Below are positions 57,576 through 64,000 of a DNA stretch of 64,000 nucleotides, one piece after another (position 1 is the first letter of the stretch; each line of letters opens with the position of its first letter). Position numbers and translations under genes: made by a program. Under the pieces are notes generated by a model. That model made no database searches, was not told where the DNA came from, and saw only the letters and a list, made by a program, of their open reading frames with translations. Source of the stretch: Desulfobacterales bacterium (GTDB lineage Bacteria; Desulfobacterota; Desulfobacteria; Desulfobacterales; UBA5616); the NCBI GenBank assembly GCA_046483495.1, contig JAWODC010000067.1:64001-128000 (forward strand), given 5' to 3'.

Positions 57576-58565
57576 ATGAAAAAAAATAGTGTAAATACGG
57601 TTACCGGACCCATTTCTCCGGATGATCTTGGAATTACATTGATGCATGAACACATCATTTTCGGTTATCCCGGCTGGTACGGCGACAGCACCATGGCTCC
57701 TTTTGACCGGGAAGCGGCGGTATCGGCGGGTTTGAAAACCATGGAGGAGATCAAATCGTACGGTGTGGCGTCCTTTGTAGATGCGACACCCAATGAGACG
57801 GGCAGGGACGTGATGCTGCTCAAAGAAGTGTCCGAAAAATCGGGTGTGAATATCATATGTTCGACGGGCTTTTATTTCGAGGGGATGGGGGCTTCACCCT
57901 ATTTTAAATTCCGCAGTGTGGTCTCGGATGCCGTGGAAGAAATCCATGATATGTTCATGACGGAAATCACCCGGGGAATCGGAAAAACCGGCATAAAGGC
58001 CGGCGCCATCAAACTGGCCAGCGGCAAAGATGTGATCACCGACTATGAACGGATGTTCTTTACAGCCGCCGCCAGGGCCCAGAAAGAAACCGGTGTTCCG
58101 ATTATCACTCACACCCAGGGGGGCAGCATGGGACCGGAGCAGGCAAAGCTGCTCATTGAAGAGGGAGCCGATCCCGCCCAGGTAATGATCGGGCATATGA
58201 GTGACAACGTCGATGTTCATTACCACATGGAAGTCCTGAAGCAAGGGGTGTATGACTCATTTGACCGCATGGGCATTCAAGTTGTGGAAGACTGCCCCAT
58301 GGATATCGAAAAGTACGCCGTAATCATCGGTCTGATCGGCACAGGGCATCTTGACAGAATCATAATTTCCCATGATACGATCGCTTATTGGCTGGGCAGG
58401 CCGAATCCCGAACTTCCGGAAGCTTACCGTCCGCTGCTGGAGAATTATCATATAACACACGTATTTAAAAACATCCTTCCCTTTTTTAAAAAGGCGGGCA
58501 TTACCGATGAGCAGGTCAACACCATTATGTCGGAAAACCCCCGCCGCCTTTTTGCGGGAGGATAA
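57576..58565 (+). CDS. Phosphotriesterase-family amidohydrolase (possible lactonase)
   Basis: TLMHEH, GAIKLA, IITHT, IGH and ISHD binuclear-site pattern. Confidence 0.9.
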   Translation: MKKNSVNTVTGPISPDDLGITLMHEHIIFGYPGWYGDSTMAPFDREAAVSAGLKTMEEIKSYGVASFVDATPNETGRDVMLLKEVSEKSGVNIICSTGFYFEGMGASPYFKFRSVVSDAVEEIHDMFMTEITRGIGKTGIKAGAIKLASGKDVITDYERMFFTAAARAQKETGVPIITHTQGGSMGPEQAKLLIEEGADPAQVMIGHMSDNVDVHYHMEVLKQGVYDSFDRMGIQVVEDCPMDIEKYAVIIGLIGTGHLDRIIISHDTIAYWLGRPNPELPEAYRPLLENYHITHVFKNILPFFKKAGITDEQVNTIMSENPRRLFAGG

Positions 58566-59237
58566 GATGCGAGACATCGGAAACGGATTCTAAGTTCATG
58601 ACCCGGTCCACCAGTTTTTCGACCGGTAAATCGCCGGTGTTTTCCCGTGCCAGCAGAAAAAATTTTTCAATCACTTCCCCGCGGCTCAACGGATTCTCCG
58701 GATCACCTTTAGGGATGTCCACTTCACCATATAAAATGCTGCCGGTTCGGGTTCTGATCTCAACCCGGTTCCGGTAGTGTGCCAGTATCGGTAATGCTTC
58801 GGACCGGACGCCATTGCAACCCGAATGCCGACCTCGTATCCCGCCGCAATGGCCGTTATCAGCTCTTCTCCTGAGATATGTGCGCGCTCGGCCGCCGCAA
58901 ACACAGCGGGTATAATCGAAGCCGACGGGTGGAAAATGGCGCCTCTGTGGAGATCATCCATTTCCTTTACATGCGAAGACGCCCCGTTCACCAGGGCGGC
59001 GAAGAGACAGGGGCCTCTGGTGAGTTCCGGCAATACAACGGCTTCCGGTTCTCCGCCCATGCTTTTGAGCACATGATTGATGATGTTTACGGGCGGTTCG
59101 GATCGCCCTGCAAATGCCGATCCAAGCCAGTCGATAAAAAATGTCTTCAGTTGAAACACCTGGTTTTCTGTGAGTCGGGTAAAGGAGAGTTCGGCGACAA
59201 ATTCAGCCAGTTTTTCTGCAGCGGTTTTTTCTTTCAT
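58525..59237 (-). pseudogene. MmgE/PrpD family gene with internal deletion and frameshift
   Basis: N-terminal part (EMDDLH..HPS..GYE..WHTTGT) joins near 58767 directly to a C-terminal part in another frame (VEIRTRTG..DIPKGDPENPLS..EKF). Confidence 0.85.
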
Positions 59238-59512
59238 GGCGTTTGGATCGTTTTGATCGTTTGGTCGTTAAGAACGTTGGAACGAACCCAACGTTCCTAA
59301 GAAGTACATACCGTAAAAAGCGGAATCCGGCAAGCAGGGGATGTCTTGAAAGTTTTCTTGCCGGGTAAGTCGTTCACCTTTTCCTCAATGCCGTATATGA
59401 AGTGCTGTACGGGATTTTTGAATACGGCCCATGAAAATGAGGTTGACAAGCAGTCAAAAAATGCGGTTAGAAGCATAAAAGCGATTTTTTCACCGAAACA
59501 GGAAAAGGCGAC

Positions 59513-60067
59513 ATGGAATTTGTGTTTTGCCCCTACTGCCGGGAAAGGCTTATCACGATTGACAACAAAGGGATCAATCGATTGTATTGCTCTTCCTGCG
59601 GCATTACCCATTACCGAAATCCCACGGTGGGTGTGGCGGTTATCGTCGTCAAGAACCGGGAAATACTTCTGGTAAAACGTCTGGGTACTTACGAAGGCAT
59701 GTGGTGCATTCCCTGCGGGCATTTGGAATGGAATGAAGACGTCCGGCAGGCGGCTTGCCGGGAAGCGTTTGAAGAGACCGGCCTTAAGATCGATATCGGG
59801 CCGGTGTTTACCGTTCATTCGAATTTTCACGATATGGACCGTCAGACCGTTGGAATCTGGTTCTGGGGCAAGTGGGTCGGCGGTGGTTTGAAGGCCGGTT
59901 CGGATGCGGAGAAGGTCCGATTTTTCGCCCTGGATGCATTGCCCGAAAATATGGCATTCCCGACCGACCTGCTCGTGTGCAGGCATGTAAAACGCTGCCT
60001 CGATGCAGGGGATATGCCCGACTGGCTGAACACCTGCGCTTCGGACCAATGGCATTTTGGAAAATAG
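59513..60067 (+). CDS. Zinc-ribbon NUDIX hydrolase
   Basis: FCPYC..CSSCG..YRNP; Nudix box [23 protein letters not shown]. Confidence 0.9.
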   Translation: MEFVFCPYCRERLITIDNKGINRLYCSSCGITHYRNPTVGVAVIVVKNREILLVKRLGTYEGMWCIPCGHLEWNEDVRQAACREAFEETGLKIDIGPVFTVHSNFHDMDRQTVGIWFWGKWVGGGLKAGSDAEKVRFFALDALPENMAFPTDLLVCRHVKRCLDAGDMPDWLNTCASDQWHFGK

Positions 60068-60084
60068 TCCCCGAATTTTAAGGC

Positions 60085-60226
60085 GTGTCCACCCGGAAGT
60101 GGACACATTCACTTCCGGTAAAGGCGGCAGGGAAATTGTAACAGCAGAAACACCTTACGTATATTGAGGATTAAAATTCCCGTCCAACGAAGAGATGGAA
60201 TGTATCAGCCATTGCTGTATGTGCAC
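60085..60226 (-). repeat. Degenerate minus-strand copy of the ~143-bp palindromic repeat
   Basis: Reverse complement reads GTGCACATACAGCAATGGCTGA..CGTTGGACGGGAATTTTAATCCTCAATATACG..GTTACAATTTCCCTGCCGCCTT..CACTTCCGGGTGGACAC, collinear with the 42095 copy. Confidence 0.85.
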
Positions 60227-60239
60227 GAACGAGAAAAAG

Positions 60240-60713
60240 ATGAGCATTATTCGAAATAAGACGATCGAGGGCTTGAAAGCAGGCGACTGCTTTTCGACAA
60301 AACGGATGTTTACGGCTTCGGAAGTGGCGCAGTTTGCCGAGATGTCCAAGGATTATAACCCGATTCACTTCGATGACCGGTTTGTTGATACCAAGGGGCT
60401 TTCCGGCCGGATCTGCCACGGTCTTCTGGTGGGTTCGCTGATCACGGAAATCGGCGGACAGATCGGGTGGCTGGCATCCGGAATCAATTTTAAATTCAAA
60501 AAGCCGGTGTTCATCAATGATACGGTGACATGCACACTGACCATCGTTCACATGGATGAAAACGGAAAAGCGGTGGCTGCAGCGGAATTCGTAAATCAAG
60601 AGGGCATCTGCGTAATGACGGCGGAGCTGTTCGGTTTCATTCCCATGGGTAAAGACCGCGAGGTGCTGAAAACCATGGTTGCGGAAGGCGATCCGACAAA
60701 CAGACTCCGGTGA
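60240..60713 (+). CDS. MaoC family (R)-specific enoyl-CoA hydratase
   Basis: SKDYNPIH, ICHGLL and FKKPVFINDT; start trimmed to MSIIRNK. Confidence 0.88.
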   Translation: MSIIRNKTIEGLKAGDCFSTKRMFTASEVAQFAEMSKDYNPIHFDDRFVDTKGLSGRICHGLLVGSLITEIGGQIGWLASGINFKFKKPVFINDTVTCTLTIVHMDENGKAVAAAEFVNQEGICVMTAELFGFIPMGKDREVLKTMVAEGDPTNRLR

Positions 60714-60736
60714 ACCGTGGAAAAAACGAGTGATGA

Positions 60737-61840
60737 CTACCGGTTCGCCAAACTTTCCCAAAGGGTGGAAAAAAATTTGTGATTCGCTTTATGGAAGGCA
60801 TATCGATGGACTTGTGACGGAGTTATCCATTGATAATCCTCGGGTCCGTTCAGCCGGAGCCTGCCGCCCGCCCATCGGCAGATAAAAACGTCCATGACGA
60901 TTTTGAAATGAGAGTAGGTGTGTCTCACCCGGGTTAAAAACCGCTCCACCCGAACATCCACGCTCAGCATTTCACGCATATGGCGCATGCATGCCTGTTC
61001 GGGCGTTTCATGGTTTTCCACCCTGCCGCCCGGAAATTCCCACAATCCCCCCAGCAATCCACCGGGCTTTCGAAGCGTGATCAGCAGCCGGCCTTTTTTC
61101 ATCACCACTCCCACGGAAATGTGATGTTCCGGAATTCGTCCGGTTTTTCTCCGTTTCGGAAAACCATGGACGCAGCGATTCTGAAGCGCTCTGCAATGCA
61201 ATCGAATGGGGCATTTTCCGCATACAGGCTTTTTCGCGACACAGACAAGCGCTCCGAGCTCCATCATGGCCTGGTTGAACATGCCGGGGTTATCGGCATC
61301 CAGCAGGCGTGTGGCATGCGTTTTATACACGGCGGGAGCGGACGATGCATTGACCGGGTTCTTTTCGCACAAAATGCGGGATAGCACCCGTTTGACATTG
61401 CCGTCCACCGCGGCGTGCGGCTGATCGAATGCCATGCTTAAAACGGCCGAGGCGATGTAATCACCGACGCCGGGCAGCCGTCGAAGGTCTTCATATGCTT
61501 CGGGCATGTGTCCCTGAAAATCCCGGATAAGAAGATGCGCTGCTTCATGCAGCCGGAGGGCTCGCCCGTAATAGCCCAGCCCCTCCCATATCTTGAGCAC
61601 ACGGGATATTTCCGCCCGTGCCAGGGCATGGATATTCGGGAATGCCGATAAAAATTTGCTGTAAAACGGTATGACCGTGTTGACCCGGGTCTGCTGGAGC
61701 ATCACTTCGGACACCCATATGGCATAAGGGTCCCGCGTATCGCGCCATGGCAGCGTTCGCCGGTGTTGATTGTACCATGCCGTTAACGATTTACGGATGT
61801 CGGGAATACAGGGATACAAAATGATGTCGGAGGAACGCAT
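60737..61840 (-). CDS. mutY: A/G-specific adenine glycosylase
   Basis: LPWR, WVSEVMLQQT, WEGLGYY, LPGVGDY, VDGNVKRV, Fe-S cysteines and C-terminal MutT-like domain. Confidence 0.95.
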   Translation of the reverse strand: MRSSDIILYPCIPDIRKSLTAWYNQHRRTLPWRDTRDPYAIWVSEVMLQQTRVNTVIPFYSKFLSAFPNIHALARAEISRVLKIWEGLGYYGRALRLHEAAHLLIRDFQGHMPEAYEDLRRLPGVGDYIASAVLSMAFDQPHAAVDGNVKRVLSRILCEKNPVNASSAPAVYKTHATRLLDADNPGMFNQAMMELGALVCVAKKPVCGKCPIRLHCRALQNRCVHGFPKRRKTGRIPEHHISVGVVMKKGRLLITLRKPGGLLGGLWEFPGGRVENHETPEQACMRHMREMLSVDVRVERFLTRVRHTYSHFKIVMDVFICRWAGGRLRLNGPEDYQWITPSQVHRYAFHKANHKFFSTLWESLANR

Positions 61841-61841
61841 G

Positions 61842-62846
61842 TTACCGGCCCAATTGGTATTTTTGAACGGCCCGGTTATGGTCGCGGAGATTGGTGGAAA
61901 AAACATGCGTCGCGTCTTTCCGGGCGACGAAAAAAAGATAATCGGTATCCGCCGGGAACAGCGCCGCCTCGATCGACTTTATGCCGGGATTGGCGATGGG
62001 GCCGGGGGGAAGCCCTGTAATCATATACGTGTTGTAGGGAGTGCGTGTTGTCAGGTGTTTGCGGGTGATGTTCCCATCGAATTCATGGATGCCGTAGATC
62101 ACGGAAGGATCGCTTTGAAGCCGCATCCCCCTTTTCAGGCGGTTGTGGAAAACAGAAGAGACAAGCGGCCGTTCGGCATCGATTCCGGTTTCCTTTTCGA
62201 TGATGGATGCCAGCGTAACGATCTCATGAACGCTGAACCCTTTCTGCTCTGCGGCTGTTTTCCACTCGGGCTTGAAAACGGACTTGAAACGTTCGGCCAT
62301 GGCGGTGATGATTTCTCCGGCATCCGCATCGCTTGAGAAATAATAGGTTTCCGGAAACAAGTAACCTTCGAACGACGCGGCTTCGAATCCGAATCTGCGG
62401 ACGAATGCTTCGTCCCGGGCCGCCGATAAAAAGGCCTTGCTGTCGCTCCATCCGCCGGATTCCACAGCAGCGGCGATCCGAACCAGATCGTATCCCTCCG
62501 GAATGGTCAACCGGTGAAGGACCACCTCTCCCCGAACCATTTTTTCAAGTATCTGCAATGGGGACATAGACGTGGAAAGACGGTATTCACCCGCCTTGAT
62601 CCGCCTGTCATATCCCTTGATCCTGGCGACCAGTGAGAATTTAAACCGGTGGTCCACCAGGTTTTGGCCGGAAAGAATGTCGATGGCCGTGTCGAAAGGT
62701 CGGCCTGCCGGGATGGTGACGGTTTTTACCACCCTTGTATCGGAGATGGGGGCATCGGCATAACGATATATCTCGAAGGCAACCGCACCGGCGGCCGCAA
62801 ATCCGACACATATCAATGCTATGATTATTTTCAGCAACTTGAACAT
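61842..62846 (-). CDS. mltG: Endolytic transglycosylase
   Basis: N-terminal TM anchor, TIPEG, EGYLFPETY, ASIIEKE, LQSDP, PYNTY and GLPPGPIANPG. Confidence 0.95.
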   Translation of the reverse strand: MFKLLKIIIALICVGFAAAGAVAFEIYRYADAPISDTRVVKTVTIPAGRPFDTAIDILSGQNLVDHRFKFSLVARIKGYDRRIKAGEYRLSTSMSPLQILEKMVRGEVVLHRLTIPEGYDLVRIAAAVESGGWSDSKAFLSAARDEAFVRRFGFEAASFEGYLFPETYYFSSDADAGEIITAMAERFKSVFKPEWKTAAEQKGFSVHEIVTLASIIEKETGIDAERPLVSSVFHNRLKRGMRLQSDPSVIYGIHEFDGNITRKHLTTRTPYNTYMITGLPPGPIANPGIKSIEAALFPADTDYLFFVARKDATHVFSTNLRDHNRAVQKYQLGR

Positions 62847-63060
62847 TCCTTTCGATCGTGGGACCTGAAGTTTTTTTTATTCCGTTATTATGTAAAAATA
62901 CGGATCATGTCAAATGCCATTCGAGGCGGTGTCCGGCGAATAGACGGCAAAATTGACTAATGGCCCTGAAAAGGGTATTTTGGCGTAAACAAAGGTGAAG
63001 TATAGTGCCGCTCATCGCCGTGTGCATATCCGGCCGCAAATGGATCATGGAAGAGATCAG

Positions 63061-64000
63061 ATGCGAAAAAAGGAATTGGAATATCAGGGATTCGAACAGG
63101 GGCCGATCAGACCGCCATCCGAGGCTTACAGCCTGCTGATTCGAATTACGCGAAACTGCCCGTGGAATCATTGCGCATTCTGCGGGGTTTATAAAGGGAC
63201 CCGTTTCTCGATTCGTCCCGTAGACCATGTGATCCGGGATATCGATGAAGTTTACCGGTATGTTAAAACCATCATGGATCTGGCCGATGAAAATGGAAAC
63301 GTGCAGGCATCCGATATACAAAAGGCGGTCGGAAATATAACGGCATGTGATTTGCCGCCGTTTCAAGCGGCATACAACTGGATGGCCGGTGGTATGCAGT
63401 CCGTGTTTCTTCAGGATGCCAACAGCCTGATCATCAAACCCGCCGATCTCATGCGTATTCTCGAGCATTTAAAAATGCGGTTTCCGTGGGTAAAACGGAT
63501 AACGTCGTATGCGCGATCCCACACCATAGCCCGCATTTCCGACGATGACCTGGCCGGCATTCGATCGGCCGGATTGAACCGGATACACATCGGCCTTGAA
63601 TCCGCTTCGGATGAAGTGCTTAAAATGATGAAAAAAGGGGTGACCAAGGCGGACCACATCAAGGCGGGGCGAAAGGCGAAACGCGCCGGGATCGAGCTTT
63701 CCGAATACGTGATGCCGGGATTGGGCGGACGGAAACAATCCCGTGTGCATGCTTTGGAAACCGCCGACGCGCTGAACCGAATCAATCCCGATTTTATTCG
63801 AATACGGACGCTTGCGCTTCCCGGCGGCATTCCGCTTTTGGATGAAGTGGCTGCCGGCCGTTTCGAAAAACCTACGGATACGGAGATGATTCTTGAAATT
63901 TACACGATGATCGATGCCCTTGAAGGGATTGACAGCACCATCGTCAGCGACCACATTTTGAACATGTTCCAGGAAGTCGAGGGTAAGCTGCCGAAGGACA
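63061..64000 (+). CDS. Radical SAM protein (partial, runs off the window; absent from the ORF track)
   Basis: ATG at 63061 reads MRKKELEYQGFEQGPIRPPSEAYSLLIRITRNCPWNHCAFC, later FLQDANSL and HIGLESASD. Confidence 0.9.
   Translation, partial: MRKKELEYQGFEQGPIRPPSEAYSLLIRITRNCPWNHCAFCGVYKGTRFSIRPVDHVIRDIDEVYRYVKTIMDLADENGNVQASDIQKAVGNITACDLPPFQAAYNWMAGGMQSVFLQDANSLIIKPADLMRILEHLKMRFPWVKRITSYARSHTIARISDDDLAGIRSAGLNRIHIGLESASDEVLKMMKKGVTKADHIKAGRKAKRAGIELSEYVMPGLGGRKQSRVHALETADALNRINPDFIRIRTLALPGGIPLLDEVAAGRFEKPTDTEMILEIYTMIDALEGIDSTIVSDHILNMFQEVEGKLPKD

Noticed and set aside
6544..60226. Palindromic repeats as a CRISPR array or integron attC sites
   Set aside because: The copies are dispersed kilobases apart with no spacers, cas genes or integrase, lack RYYYAAC/GTTRRRY ends, and flank ordinary chromosomal genes
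1..64000. Selenocysteine read-through, prophage, defence island, tRNA or rRNA genes
   Set aside because: No gene looks truncated at a TGA at a Cys position, and I recognised no phage, defence or stable-RNA signatures by eye; tRNAscan and Rfam were not run

Overview
64-kb chromosomal window of moderate GC from an anaerobic deltaproteobacterium. Gene content suggests Desulfobacterales (inference; no search run). Core genes include fabH, gltA, rsmA, hisS-aspS, an lrp-dapL-lysA operon, mutY, mltG, a cold-shock protein and a sigma54 two-component pair. They are interleaved with many acyl-CoA catabolic genes: five family III CoA-transferases, three acyl-CoA dehydrogenases, two crotonases, two alpha-only ADP-forming acyl-CoA ligases and a MaoC. 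I saw no rRNA, tRNA, CRISPR array, prophage or transposase. The strongest unexplained signal is non-coding: a family of ~143-bp intergenic rod-like palindromes in five copies (6544 partial, 10318, 33408, 42095, 60085 on the minus strand). Their stems covary while the termini, bulges and core (AATCCTCAAAATA..TATTCCTG) stay conserved. Other notable items are an extended KamA-family enzyme with the Lys/Asn glutamate-2,3-aminomutase signature, a type II pantothenate-kinase homologue with an altered phosphate-1 motif, an MshB/Mca-like plus DinB pair, a split ACAD10/11-like kinase and dehydrogenase, a Tat-signal Fe/Mn SOD, and an MmgE/PrpD gene with a clean internal deletion. All product calls come from motif recognition by eye.
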